In this document: piece after piece, positions 18,281 through 28,330 of the stretch
Position numbering within the stretch: the stretch's first letter is position 1
Layout of the letters: the number at the start of each line of letters is the position of its first letter
Origin: a virus
Taxonomy: Duplodnaviria; Caudoviricetes
Virus record (IMG/VR): IMGVR_UViG_3300011561_000001
Coordinates: 25,993-89,992 of that record
Direction: 5' to 3' (one strand)
Length of the DNA stretch: 64,000 bases
The notes under the pieces: generated by a model
Told to the model about the DNA's origin: nothing
The model's input: only the letters and a program-made list of their open reading frames with translations
Database searches by the model: none
Made by a program: the position numbers and the translations under genes

Positions 18281-19081
18281 TTATCCGTAGAGTGATGCAA
18301 ACTTCCCACCACCCTCTCCCATCTCAGGGAAGTATTTGATTTCACCATCATGGATATAAGTACCATCATAGTAGTGTTCCTCGAATGAACCAAACCCTTT
18401 TGCGTTTGGTACTTCAGAGAAAGCAAAGAAATTGGTGTAGTCAAAGTTACCAAACGAAACCCTCACACCAACGGGCTTAGGGAGGAGGTAGCTGTTGTAA
18501 TCAAAAGTCTTATCAACATACGTTAGAAGATTTCTCTCAATTGCACTGAGCTGCCTGCCCACCAACAAACGGAAAGCCGCCACACCTTCATCTTGGATTG
18601 TGCTACCCTCTGTACTAAATACAAAGTTAGCAAAGCGCATAATATCTTCAGGTGTGGCTCTGGTTACGTTCTTTGCAATCTTAGCTTTAATTAAAAGCCT
18701 GTAAAGATCGTCATTAAGTTCAACATTACCAAATCTTGGATTATTAGCGTCGTAGAAAACACCACCTACCGAGGGATCACCTAGAGTGCCAAAACCTAAA
18801 GAGTTTGGAACAGCGTCGAAGCCGAAGAATTCAAAGATATCTACGTTAACCAACATCCTCCCTTGCCCGACAATAGTCCCCAATAAGTCAAGTTGAGCAC
18901 CAACCGCAGTATCAAGACTGCGCTCTTGCATCAGAGCTTTGTATTGTTTTTGTAATTCTTGGCACTCACTTAACATGAGTTGTACATACTTATCGAAGAC
19001 TGGTTGGTCTTCAAATTGTACGGTGTAGCGACTTCTTGCTTCGTCTAAATACTCTCTTTCTTCAAACGGGTTTACTGGCAT
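18281..19081 (-). CDS. baseplate protein (DUF2612-like)
   Basis: LDTAVGAQLDLLGTIVG, LNDDLYRLLIKAKI, LPKPVGV; follows baseplate J. Confidence 0.8.
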   Translation of the reverse strand: MPVNPFEEREYLDEARSRYTVQFEDQPVFDKYVQLMLSECQELQKQYKALMQERSLDTAVGAQLDLLGTIVGQGRMLVNVDIFEFFGFDAVPNSLGFGTLGDPSVGGVFYDANNPRFGNVELNDDLYRLLIKAKIAKNVTRATPEDIMRFANFVFSTEGSTIQDEGVAAFRLLVGRQLSAIERNLLTYVDKTFDYNSYLLPKPVGVRVSFGNFDYTNFFAFSEVPNAKGFGSFEEHYYDGTYIHDGEIKYFPEMGEGGGKFASLYG

Positions 19082-19089
19082 ACAACCTC

Positions 19090-20535
19090 CTACACGAATA
19101 CAATGTTGGCAGATTGTGTCTTAGCAATCTCATCGAAGTTAGTGATAATATTACTAAACCCAAGATTTCCGGGGTCCGTACCAATCCGCAGAGAGTTTAC
19201 TTGATGCCCCACAACGCTGTTGATTGGTGTGTAGAGACGGCTGTAAACAACATCATCGTTGATGGTTAATCCGTTAATATAAGAAATCAAAGCTTCTTGA
19301 ATCTTGTGTTCACCATCTTCTGGAAAACGGTTGTTAGTTTCAAGGTCAATCTCAATATACACTTGAACTTCTGTTGGTCTGGAGAAATTAATAGTCCTGA
19401 CGTAACCGAAAGAATCAAGGATATCCACAGAAGTGTTACCCTGACTTCTAATCCCCGTAGGGCGGTTTCTCCAGATTGCAGTCGCTACATCAGAGGAAAG
19501 TCCCCCATCAACGAGCGTTAGGAACGAGTGAGGAAGGACTCCATTCTCGTCTATAACATCCGTATCATTCTCATAGATCACTACGTTGGAGACGCCTTCA
19601 AGAGAGAAAATAGCGCTATACAAAGACTCTACAATGTTTGTTGCAAACTGAAACTTTGTATTTCTCCAGCGAAGGCGAAGCTCTTCGTCTGTTTCCTCAT
19701 AGCGACCAACAGACGCTTCTTGTGGGTTTGTTACGCTATCCCAACCAAGTATAGGGGTTCTGATGGTTGTGATAGTGTCAGGGGCTTGTTCAATTGGCCC
19801 AGCCTCTGTAGCCTCTACAGCTACTGTTTTCATCACCTTACTAATAACCATGTTGTTACTAACTTCAAAGTCAAACAATTGGAAATTAGTAACAGGTTTC
19901 ACGAAGAGTCTTCCGTTATCTCGGAAAGTCTCTAAGTCTGGATGCGTGGCTTGTATTTCGGCTTCAAAGGCTGTATAAATATCTTCAATAGATGGGGTTG
20001 AAGTAGACGCCACTTGAACGGAGATATAACTTGAGTCGGTTGATGCTCGGTAACGGAGTATGTATGTGTTATTAACGTCTAACGAGACTACGTTTACCCC
20101 AACACCTACAGTTTGAACAGAGTTAAATACAACATCCGATGTTGTGGAGAAGTCTGTTGCAGTTAAAACACTTTGAACAATAGACCCACTTGGAATCGTC
20201 GTATTGACGGAGGCAGTTAGGTAAACATCTGCTCTTGTTGCAGATTGAGATAACCTTGTTACCCCGGACAGCGCTACAAGGTTATCTAGTGGAATACCTG
20301 TAGCTGAATTCGGATCAAACGCTGTGTAAACACCTTGCCCTGCTTCCCACAAATCTGTTAGAGAAGGGGTAATCAGCCCGATAAACCGACCAATGGTGCT
20401 GTCTTCACTTGTGTCTACAACGTCATTAGGGTCTTCGATGAGGTCTTGAAATATAGTTGAGGCGCGGGAGCGAAGGTCAGCTATAATCTCTGGTAGGCGC
20501 TTTGTACCCCACCCATTGTTTGTCAATCCAGCCAT
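19090..20535 (-). CDS. baseplate wedge protein J-like
   Basis: G..LDNLVAL.G..R, G..EETDEELR.R, P.GI...G motifs. Confidence 0.88.
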   Translation of the reverse strand: MAGLTNNGWGTKRLPEIIADLRSRASTIFQDLIEDPNDVVDTSEDSTIGRFIGLITPSLTDLWEAGQGVYTAFDPNSATGIPLDNLVALSGVTRLSQSATRADVYLTASVNTTIPSGSIVQSVLTATDFSTTSDVVFNSVQTVGVGVNVVSLDVNNTYILRYRASTDSSYISVQVASTSTPSIEDIYTAFEAEIQATHPDLETFRDNGRLFVKPVTNFQLFDFEVSNNMVISKVMKTVAVEATEAGPIEQAPDTITTIRTPILGWDSVTNPQEASVGRYEETDEELRLRWRNTKFQFATNIVESLYSAIFSLEGVSNVVIYENDTDVIDENGVLPHSFLTLVDGGLSSDVATAIWRNRPTGIRSQGNTSVDILDSFGYVRTINFSRPTEVQVYIEIDLETNNRFPEDGEHKIQEALISYINGLTINDDVVYSRLYTPINSVVGHQVNSLRIGTDPGNLGFSNIITNFDEIAKTQSANIVFV

Positions 20536-20545
20536 TGAAACCTCT

Positions 20546-20917
20546 TTATGTGGTTGGTGACGTGACAGTGATTTGACTGGTCATTCCACCATTGGTTGTT
20601 TTTACATTAAAGCTGCAACTATAGGAGCGAGAGGCGTTATTGAAGTCGCTCAACCATGTGACAATTTCTCTTACACCTTGAACCGATAGAACTTCGCGCT
20701 GTAGGATTGAATCCACTTGCTGCTTACTTTTCTTAGTACCAAGGATATCAAACCAAGGAACTCCATAAGGTTCATCAAGAAACCACTCGGCCCTGAAGGT
20801 CCGTAGGTGAATCCATAAACGTTGTGCTACAACATCCGCTTCGGAAGTCTTTACGGGCACAGCTTTATTTACGAATAAAACATCACCAGTACCATTAACA
20901 TCTAGTGCTATGTCCAT
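20546..20917 (-). CDS. baseplate wedge / sheath initiator (gp25-like)
   Basis: AQRL...LRTFRAEWFLD...GVPW; position. Confidence 0.75.
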   Translation of the reverse strand: MDIALDVNGTGDVLFVNKAVPVKTSEADVVAQRLWIHLRTFRAEWFLDEPYGVPWFDILGTKKSKQQVDSILQREVLSVQGVREIVTWLSDFNNASRSYSCSFNVKTTNGGMTSQITVTSPTT

Positions 20918-21217
20918 CTACCCACCTGCATAAACTGTTGATGCTCCTGCTGTAATCGTCATACCGCAAGAATAACCATCCCCAACACGAGCAACTGCTT
21001 TACCGTTAACGAACACAGAACCACTTCCAGAAACCAAATTCGTAGAATGAGGTACGCATGTAGGAGGGGCATTGAATGAGTGCGCTACATTACTATCACC
21101 TAACCTGTGTACAGCAATCCCCTCAACAAAGACGTTTGGACTACCCTCAGCCGGGTTTGCTTGTCCACCACAAGGGTGCTGCGTAGCCGGATCACCTATT
21201 CTTGCTATAGCAGGCAT
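20918..21217 (-). CDS. PAAR-repeat spike tip protein (T4 gp5.4-like)
   Basis: PAIARIGD, GSPNVFVEGIAVHRLGD, GSGSVFVNGKAVARVGD...CG; directly after the spike gene. Confidence 0.9.
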   Translation of the reverse strand: MPAIARIGDPATQHPCGGQANPAEGSPNVFVEGIAVHRLGDSNVAHSFNAPPTCVPHSTNLVSGSGSVFVNGKAVARVGDGYSCGMTITAGASTVYAGG

Positions 21218-21226
21218 ACATACCTC

Positions 21227-21886
21227 TTAGTTAATATCTACTCGACTGCCGTATATACCAACAGCCCCGCTTGCCATCACTGTGTAAGTTTCAGTATTGA
21301 CCGTATAGTCTTTAGTGTTCACTTCAACAAATTCACCGGCATTGACAGTGACACCCTGATTGGTGTTGATTGTTACACCACCCGACCTATGAAGCCTAAT
21401 CTCTGTTTCCTCTCCGCTACCTAGGTTGTGGTACAGAACAACATCGTTAGGATCATGTGACCAAACATGCTTATCTGGATTATTCACACTTTCACTAAAA
21501 GGGAATGGGGACAACATTGCGACACAATCTCTTTTGTCAAACTTTCTAAAGTCTGACGGGATTACGGGTGTTCCGTTACCGCGCTTCCATGTGTCTAACC
21601 CAGCCATTGAAAACATCAGCCACACAGAGTCACCAACTGAAACATTGTGTGTAAGTCCACCGTCCCTGCTAGATGGCATTAGTACAGGAACATTCAACAC
21701 AACGGCTCGTTCGGATACAGTACCATCTTCTTTTTTAATATTGACTGCTGGTTGAACATCCACAGATAGATTCTGGAAGTTATCCCTAACTGTAACTACA
21801 ATCCCTGGGATAGATGTGTACACATTCTCCATCCCGCCCCAGAAATTCTTAGTCAATGTCCCTTGCAGAGATTTTTCCTGTGCCAT
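21227..21886 (-). CDS. baseplate central spike (gp138/gpV-like)
   Basis: OB-fold N-terminus (VDVQP...NVPV..P...VGD.V.L.F) and C-terminal beta-helix repeats. Confidence 0.8.
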   Translation of the reverse strand: MAQEKSLQGTLTKNFWGGMENVYTSIPGIVVTVRDNFQNLSVDVQPAVNIKKEDGTVSERAVVLNVPVLMPSSRDGGLTHNVSVGDSVWLMFSMAGLDTWKRGNGTPVIPSDFRKFDKRDCVAMLSPFPFSESVNNPDKHVWSHDPNDVVLYHNLGSGEETEIRLHRSGGVTINTNQGVTVNAGEFVEVNTKDYTVNTETYTVMASGAVGIYGSRVDIN

Positions 21887-22761
21887 TATACGCTCCCAAT
21901 CTTCTCTGTAAGTTTAATGTCCATAGACCAATCATCTACACGCCAACCGCCTTTAATCCTCATGGAATCAATTCGGTAGTAGCCAGTAAGTTCTTCGTAC
22001 TCAAGTTTGATTAGAGAGCCAGCAACCAATTCTGGAATAATGAGGCAACGGAATTGTAGTCCTCTTTTCTTCTTTTTATCTTTTACAGACCTGTTGACAT
22101 CACCTGTTGTAAGATAGGGACGATCTAACAAGCCTGAAGACTGGCTAATTACAACAACGGAATTAATATCAGTTGTGTAGCTTTCAGTGGTGTCGCTTAC
22201 ATACAGCACTTTGTCGTCAATTGACCAATCCATTTGATTGGCTCTGCACACTTCGTCGAGCATTTGTCGTGGAGTGCCGGAAAGTGGATAGCCGTCAATC
22301 ACAGGATTTTTACAGTTAACACCTGTAATGACGTTGCGACTTGTGCCAAGTTCTTTGGCAATCTCTTTAATAACGTCTTCGTAAGTACTTCCCTCTGGGA
22401 CAATCTTACTAATTGTTTGATGATTAAGTTCAACGTAGTCAACACCAACATTCAAAATGGTGATTACATCAGCACCAGATTTTCTTGTAGATGCTTCTGT
22501 AACTTGGCCTGCAAAAAGACGTTTAAGTCCTGTATCAAGCCAACCTACACTAAGAACAAGACCAATGTATTTTCTTTCAAAGAATCTTTGTTTCTCTTTG
22601 GATAGGTTGTATATTTCAATCGTCGCACTGTTGTTCTTTTGTTTGTTGTCACTCATTTTGCTGATATCGAAGGTGATGTGAAGATCAGTGATTTCCCACC
22701 CATCTCCTGTTTTAACATCACCAACAATAAGAGAGTAAATCCTGTTAGTCTGTAAAGGCAT
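21886..22761 (-). CDS. baseplate hub protein
   Basis: NSATIEIYNL, LFAGQV, C.IIP.L..GS.I; position. Confidence 0.75.
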   Translation of the reverse strand: MPLQTNRIYSLIVGDVKTGDGWEITDLHITFDISKMSDNKQKNNSATIEIYNLSKEKQRFFERKYIGLVLSVGWLDTGLKRLFAGQVTEASTRKSGADVITILNVGVDYVELNHQTISKIVPEGSTYEDVIKEIAKELGTSRNVITGVNCKNPVIDGYPLSGTPRQMLDEVCRANQMDWSIDDKVLYVSDTTESYTTDINSVVVISQSSGLLDRPYLTTGDVNRSVKDKKKKRGLQFRCLIIPELVAGSLIKLEYEELTGYYRIDSMRIKGGWRVDDWSMDIKLTEKIGSV

Positions 22762-22777
22762 TCACCCTCCTATTAAT

Positions 22778-23101
22778 TTAAAGATCAGTAATGAAGAACA
22801 AACGAAACCATTTATACAGGCTGAAAGAGTCAGTTCTAAACTTCTCGGCACTATCGCCAATAGGTTCCAACCAAAGAAAGCCTGAGAATGGTAAGTGTGT
22901 ATAATCAAGGAGGATTGGGTAAAGTGGAACCAATCTTTCTCCTTGCACAAAATAAGCAGTTGAACCTTCTTCTCTCAAATCAAAGAACCATCCATCTACT
23001 CTTTGGTTGTAGTAGAGTCGAAAGACACAAGCCACTTCGTCTAGCACAACAGAGTAGAAGTAATCTTGTTCCTGATACAGAGGTAAACTAACGTAATTCA
23101 T
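22778..23101 (-). CDS. virion structural protein (baseplate)
   Basis: L...RLYYNQR...WFFDL...G..LV pattern; position. Confidence 0.65.
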   Translation of the reverse strand: MNYVSLPLYQEQDYFYSVVLDEVACVFRLYYNQRVDGWFFDLREEGSTAYFVQGERLVPLYPILLDYTHLPFSGFLWLEPIGDSAEKFRTDSFSLYKWFRLFFITDL

Positions 23102-23925
23102 TTAACCCCCGTAGGTTCAAATCTGTTCTTTAAGATGCTCCGACGAGCTGGAGCGTTTGGGTCACTCTTATCCTCATCAGATTCAGGCACAGGCTTTTCT
23201 GTAGAGTCAGCCTTTCCTTTGTTCGAAGTGGCAGCGGCTTGTTTCTGAATGTCTTCAGAAACATCCTCTGGAAGCTCCTCTTTGCGAATCTCAACAAAGC
23301 GAGCTTGTTCAAGAGTCATATCAAAATGACAACCGTTTCCGGTATCAGGGGTTTCGTTTACTCTAAAATCTGTTACGACAAGATTAGTATAAGGTGCTTT
23401 ACTATATTGGTTGCCATCCATCTCATACAAAGATACAGGGACAATACTATTTCTGTATGTCTGTGATACAGGATTGTAAATGACATCCAGAATCATTTTC
23501 TCGATAAATTCTGAGAAAGATGGACCTGCTTCTGCAACAAGAGATTCATCACCAAACACTTCTGGTTCGACTGGCGAAAGAAACTGACCAATCACGTCCG
23601 GCAGGAACTTATTCAACAGAGTCTTACCATCATCCACCGTAACAGCAACTGGCGGCTCACCCATTTGAATATTGTTTGCACCAACAGCAGCAAAACTTGT
23701 GGTATATGCTGCGAAGGTAATATCCGCAGAGGTAATAACTCCACGGATATTGAACGTCATATTTTCTGAAATGAAGTGGTCTGATATGCTTACACCAGAG
23801 TCCAAAGGATGCTTGGATAGCTTACCGTTCACCGTCTTTGTATAGGACTCTACAGCGTTAATGTAGTAGACAGCACTAATATCTTCAGGACCACCGTTGT
23901 TTCCAAATTGTAAAACTAACGACAT
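23098..23925 (-). CDS. distal tail / tube initiator (Dit-like) protein
   Basis: SKHPLDSG..ISDH, Y.NLV.T.F; immediately after the tape measure gene. Confidence 0.65.
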   Translation of the reverse strand: MSLVLQFGNNGGPEDISAVYYINAVESYTKTVNGKLSKHPLDSGVSISDHFISENMTFNIRGVITSADITFAAYTTSFAAVGANNIQMGEPPVAVTVDDGKTLLNKFLPDVIGQFLSPVEPEVFGDESLVAEAGPSFSEFIEKMILDVIYNPVSQTYRNSIVPVSLYEMDGNQYSKAPYTNLVVTDFRVNETPDTGNGCHFDMTLEQARFVEIRKEELPEDVSEDIQKQAAATSNKGKADSTEKPVPESDEDKSDPNAPARRSILKNRFEPTGVK

Positions 23926-25182
23926 TATTTACTCCCGTAAGATATATCAACTTCACCAAGCTGGTTAGTCCACCAACCTTCGATCTGAGGAAGAATCTCC
24001 TGATTGAAGATGTTCTCCATGTTTGCAGGATCAATCACACCATCAATCTTGATTTCAAAGGTGTTGGTGATAGTGTTCGATGTGCTGTTAGTCATACCCA
24101 TTTGAGACATAGCTTGTTCTGGAGTAATGATTCCAGCCTTGATATCTTCTTCCAGAGCAGCACGCTTATCGGCTTGGAAGGCAAGATAATCATCAATCCC
24201 ATTCCACTGACCAGCAGCTTTGCTTTGCATAAAAGCAGCTTTCTTTTCTGGTGTGCTCTGGGCTTCCCTATAAGCAGCCATGCGCTCATAGAACCCTGCA
24301 TACTCGGCTAACCATTCTGCACCAAAAACAGCGGCAGCGCCGGGGGCGATGCTTCCTAAGAAGGCTAAGCCACCCTTCCAGCCACCACCCTTTGATCCAG
24401 ATTTACCATCAGAGCCTCCCGGAATTGTGTCTTTAAGAACACTACCCAACATAGAGCCTTTTGCTACAGCAGAAGCAATCTTTAGAGCCGCTGCCACAGC
24501 GAGAAACGCCATTGCAACACCCATAATACCCTTATCAAATTCTACGAATTTTTCTAGGAAGGTGAAGAAGTCTTTCGTATAACTGTCATAGCCAAGAACA
24601 CCAGCAGAGATATCTTCGAGCACAAGGAAGACGCCACTAAATACAGCAGCCAATCTGCCCCAAGATGTCATCAACAGAGTTCCAACAGCGGCAAATTTCA
24701 TTGCGTCTGGATGCAGAGCATTCATTGTGGTCTGGAGATTTTCAAAATGAGTCCCCAAATCACCAAGTACAAGCAGAGGAGCTTCGAGTTGCTTAGTTAA
24801 CCAATTAAAAGCTTCAGACAAACTCTTAACAACCGGAGTTAGCTTTTCAACAGCGGTTGTGACTGTCCTGAAGAAACGGGCAAACCCCTCTTCACCGCCA
24901 TTCTTAGAAAAGACATTCACCCAATCTTGGAAAGCATTACCCATTCGTGCTTGTTGGGCCATCGATGTGTTACGTAAAGCTCCGATCTTAGGTGCTGCCC
25001 TCTCAGACATAATCTGGGAGACAATTGGGAGAATATCGGCTGCCTTCACCTTACCAGTTGGTACAGCTTCATACAGAGCAGCAAGGGCAGCTTGACCAGT
25101 AAGTCCGCTCCCTGTTTGTCTAGCCAGAGCCTCAGCAAAGATACTCATGGTGCCCGGCATACTTTCAGCCATCTGCCTTCTA
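23925..25182 (-). CDS. tape measure protein, exon 2
   Basis: Continues (L)RRQMAESMPG after splicing; Ala/Gly-rich amphipathic repeats. Confidence 0.88.
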
Positions 25183-25544
25183 CATTATCTTCGGAAGAGT
25201 TCGCTACTACTCTTCCCGTTCTCTTATGAACTGCTGCACATCTCTATGCAGATGAGACTATATCTTAACCTACAACATTACTTGTTTAGGTTTCTCCTAT
25301 TTCCACCACCAATAGCTTGTGGTGTACTCCCTTCCGGGATAGTCGTTGAACTTCTATCTTATCTTAAAAGATATTTAGCTGCCGATTGACTCTATTGTTG
25401 ACGTTTTTACCATACCCATACCATTACGCATGGAGCCTATCATTATATTACTACAATGTGGCGGTAGTCAACACCTATCGAGTGTTTCCGGCAATTAAAG
25501 AGATTTATTTTTCTACATATTTCTATGCAGCGAGCCTAAATTCA
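25183..25544 (-). ncRNA. group I self-splicing intron (362 nt, no ORF) in the tape measure gene
   Basis: Core motifs UUAAUUGCCGGAAAC, AAUCGGCAGC, GUUCAACGACUA, AAGAUAUAGUCU. P1 GAGCU/GGCUC with U.G at the splice site; terminal G; splicing restores the frame. Confidence 0.9.
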
Positions 25545-26704
25545 AGCTCTTCCATCGAGACGGTGCCTTTACCAAGCATCTGACTGAGGGCATTATTTAC
25601 AAGCTTACGGCGAGCAGGGGTTACGCCCATTGCTGTTTGATATTCACTAAATCCTTTGAAAATATCTTGACTACCACCAAGAGAAACACCAGCACCAAGG
25701 GCATTAGACAGGAACTGGTTATAGTCTGGAGCAGCCTGCATGTAGCTAAAACCGTTAAGGTTAGCAAGATTTCTCAGCCATTGAAAAGCTTGTTCACCTT
25801 GTCTCTCAGTATAACCTTGAGATTGCAGAACAGCTTGTGTGGTCAGACGAGTTGAGATTGCTTCTTGGTTTGCGGTATTTAGTGTACTAAGACCATAAGC
25901 ACCGCCAATAAACGGTAAACTCCCCATTCCGTAGCGTGCTAAAGCTCCTGCTGTACCACCGCCATACATGAAGTTACGTCCAGACTTATCGGCAAGTTGA
26001 GGACGCTCTTGTTGAGAAGATCGCTGTGTTGCCTGCTGAGCCTTCTGTACTTGCTTAACTTGGTTTAGGTAGTTCTGACTGAGAACGGGGTTAATGAATA
26101 TGTTGGACAACCCAATCCGCAGCTGGTCACGCATAGCACTGATAGCAGCACTGGACACTTGGGGGCTTATGGTGAAGCCTCTGCTACCCAAACCCCTCAA
26201 TGCTGTGGTGACACTCTGTTGCAGAACAAGAGCATTAACCCTTGCCATAATCGGCACAACAGGCATCTTAGCCAGAGCATTGTTTACTGTGTCTGAAAGC
26301 CTTCCAGATGTCGATAACAAACTCTTACGTCTGGTTAGTCCGGCAAGTTTAGCATCCACCCATCTGGCGTCAATTGTTACAGGGAGTCTGATTGGGTTAG
26401 ATTTAGCAGATGCCAACAATCCTTTGTTGATCGCAGATACTTGTTTCTTTGTAGGGGCTGTTAGCTCTGTCCCTATCTTTAGTGTAGTGCTCTTACTTAC
26501 ACTATTGATAGCAGACCTTAGACGGGTGATGGCTGCTTTGGATACATTAAACTCGACACTAAGAACGGGTTTAATGTTCAGTCCTTTAGCGGCCTTAGCC
26601 ATCCTCCTTTCAATAGATGCAAAGAAGGCATCTACTTTCTTTAAACTGCCTTGGGGGATATTGACGCCCAAGTCGAGATAAAACGATCCTACTGGTCCGG
26701 CCAT
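25545..26704 (-). CDS. tape measure protein, exon 1
   Basis: MAGPVGSFYLDLG start; tape-measure N-terminal domain ending ALSQMLGKGTVSMEEL. Spliced product 2418 nt = 805 aa. Confidence 0.88.
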
Positions 26705-26716
26705 GCTCCACCTTCT

Positions 26717-26935
26717 CTATCGTTTTGATTGTTTGGACTTCATCTCTTTCTCTTGCTCGGCTCTTGCAATAGCTTTAAGCTCTTCATGTACATCTAAATA
26801 CTCAAGATACTCATTAAATAATGGGGTAGAGTATTTGTGATGAAGGTTGTATAAAGTTTCTATTGGGTTGTCTGTAGAGAAGATGACGCGCATGACATCA
26901 TAATCGCCCGAGAAGTTATCTCTAATGTTATTCAT
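26717..26935 (-). CDS. tail assembly chaperone, frameshift extension (GT-like)
   Basis: Frame is open back to the slippery heptamer at 26995-27001; TETLYNL..KY...L..YLEYLD pattern. Confidence 0.8.
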   Translation of the reverse strand: MNNIRDNFSGDYDVMRVIFSTDNPIETLYNLHHKYSTPLFNEYLEYLDVHEELKAIARAEQEKEMKSKQSKR

Positions 26936-26955
26936 TCTCGGGTTTTGAGATTGTT

Positions 26956-27001
26956 GCGATACAGCCTTTACAGGTCTTCTGTATCGCTTTCGCCGTTTCC
27001 C
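26956..27001 (-). promoter_or_regulatory. programmed -1 ribosomal frameshift signal
   Basis: G GGA AAC heptamer in frame, 7-nt spacer, stem GCGAUACAG/CUGUAUCGC capped by CCU-GUAA-AGG. Confidence 0.85.
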
Positions 27002-27267
27002 TCATTCAGATCGGGGAAGTTAAACTCTACTACAGCGTCAACCAGCTTCATCAAGTGACCATAACGTCCACGGAAATGAGAGTTGAATTTCTTTTCACTA
27101 AATGATGCACTACCAATCTGCACACAGCGGCTTACAGCATCAAACACTACGCGAGCCGACATGCCTTCTTTGTTGAGACGAGAGATAAAATCAAGGCCGT
27201 CCATAGTAGGGAGCAGTTTGATAATGTAAGTTTGTTCGTCAATAGTGATTTCTTTGGTTTCTTGCAT
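26968..27267 (-). CDS. tail assembly chaperone (G-like)
   Basis: Between tube genes and tape measure gene; carries the slippery site at its 3' end. Confidence 0.85.
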   Translation of the reverse strand: MQETKEITIDEQTYIIKLLPTMDGLDFISRLNKEGMSARVVFDAVSRCVQIGSASFSEKKFNSHFRGRYGHLMKLVDAVVEFNFPDLNEGNGESDTEDL

Positions 27268-27289
27268 AATTGTTTCCTCCGAGGTTTAT

Positions 27290-27790
27290 TTAAAACAGGT
27301 TACCGATGGTTGAAGTTACACTGCCAAAGGCACCACTAATCATGTCAGTAATTGCATTCTTGTTAGCTTCATTTCCTTTAAGTGTCCACTCAGATGAGTC
27401 ACAAAGGAACTTCCACTCAATTTCATTTAACTCAGCCCCATACACGATATTGGGCCATCCACCAATGTAACACTCAACTGATGTGAATACAGGGCCACCA
27501 GCTTCATCTTTAAGCATTATTTCGAGCCTAACTTTTCCCTTGGAGGTTTGTTCAAGCTCAAGCACTTTTCCGAGAATTGTATTGACTTCTATACTTTGTG
27601 GGATAGTGAGTAGGATGGTGCAAGATGTGTCACGGCTGATTTCTTTTGCGTGCTTACCACGAATACCACGAATCTGTTTTACAAACTCTGTGTTACGTTG
27701 AATAGCAATTCTGTTCCAACCACTAACTCTGTATCCGCCAAAGACAAGAGCTACTTGGTCTGGACTATATGTAAGGATATCTGCTGCCAT
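27290..27790 (-). CDS. tail tube-like protein (paralogue 3)
   Basis: LTYSPDQVALV...LKDEAG...C.I...P...YG.....EW motif shared with neighbours. Confidence 0.7.
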   Translation of the reverse strand: MAADILTYSPDQVALVFGGYRVSGWNRIAIQRNTEFVKQIRGIRGKHAKEISRDTSCTILLTIPQSIEVNTILGKVLELEQTSKGKVRLEIMLKDEAGGPVFTSVECYIGGWPNIVYGAELNEIEWKFLCDSSEWTLKGNEANKNAITDMISGAFGSVTSTIGNLF

Positions 27791-27798
27791 TTAATCAC

Positions 27799-28287
27799 CT
27801 ATAGGATGCCGGGTAGAGCAGATGCTACAGTACCAAGAATGTCTTCCGCCATAGAGCTTGGACTTTCATTACCATTAATATTAACAACGGCATTTGCACT
27901 CTTGAGTGTCCACACACGCTCTGTCATCTCAACACCATAGGTAATGGCCGGAAGCTCTTCAATCCAAGTAGTTGTGGAGAAGATTAATGTCCCCCCGAAA
28001 CCATCTTTAATCATTAATGGAAACTTACCACGTTTCGTCACACGATCAAGAAGAACTAGCTTATCAAGGAATCCATTTGAAGGACTTGTATTCATTAGTG
28101 TAAACTGAATATCCCAAATATCGGCAGCATTGTAAGTTCTGGTGACACGACCATCTGCCGTAGAAGATGATGTAAAGACGGGTGCTTGTCTTGTTACAGA
28201 AACAAACGTACCATCAACAACACCTTCCAACGGAACTCCCATTACAAGGATCGTCACCTCTTCTGGGCTATATGTCCAAAGGTCCAT
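27799..28287 (-). CDS. tail tube-like protein (paralogue 2)
   Basis: WTYSPEEV...GTFVSV.R...IKDG.G...W..ELP...YG...RVW. Confidence 0.72.
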   Translation of the reverse strand: MDLWTYSPEEVTILVMGVPLEGVVDGTFVSVTRQAPVFTSSSTADGRVTRTYNAADIWDIQFTLMNTSPSNGFLDKLVLLDRVTKRGKFPLMIKDGFGGTLIFSTTTWIEELPAITYGVEMTERVWTLKSANAVVNINGNESPSSMAEDILGTVASALPGIL

Positions 28288-28304
28288 ATTAACTCCTTGT
28301 TAGG

Positions 28305-28330
28305 AAGGAAGGGGATTTCTCCCCTTCAAT
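28305..28330 (-). terminator. terminator-like hairpin after the main tail tube gene
   Basis: GAAGGGGA-GAAA-UCCCCUUC on the - strand, followed by CUUCC. Confidence 0.6.

Noticed and set aside
25147-25583. Short ORFs in or over the tape measure intron as a possible intron-encoded endonuclease
   Set aside because: They are on the opposite strand, 65-80 aa, with no HNH, GIY-YIG or LAGLIDADG motif.
26094-26681. 195-aa antisense ORF in the tape measure gene
   Set aside because: Fully antisense to exon 1; low-information sequence.
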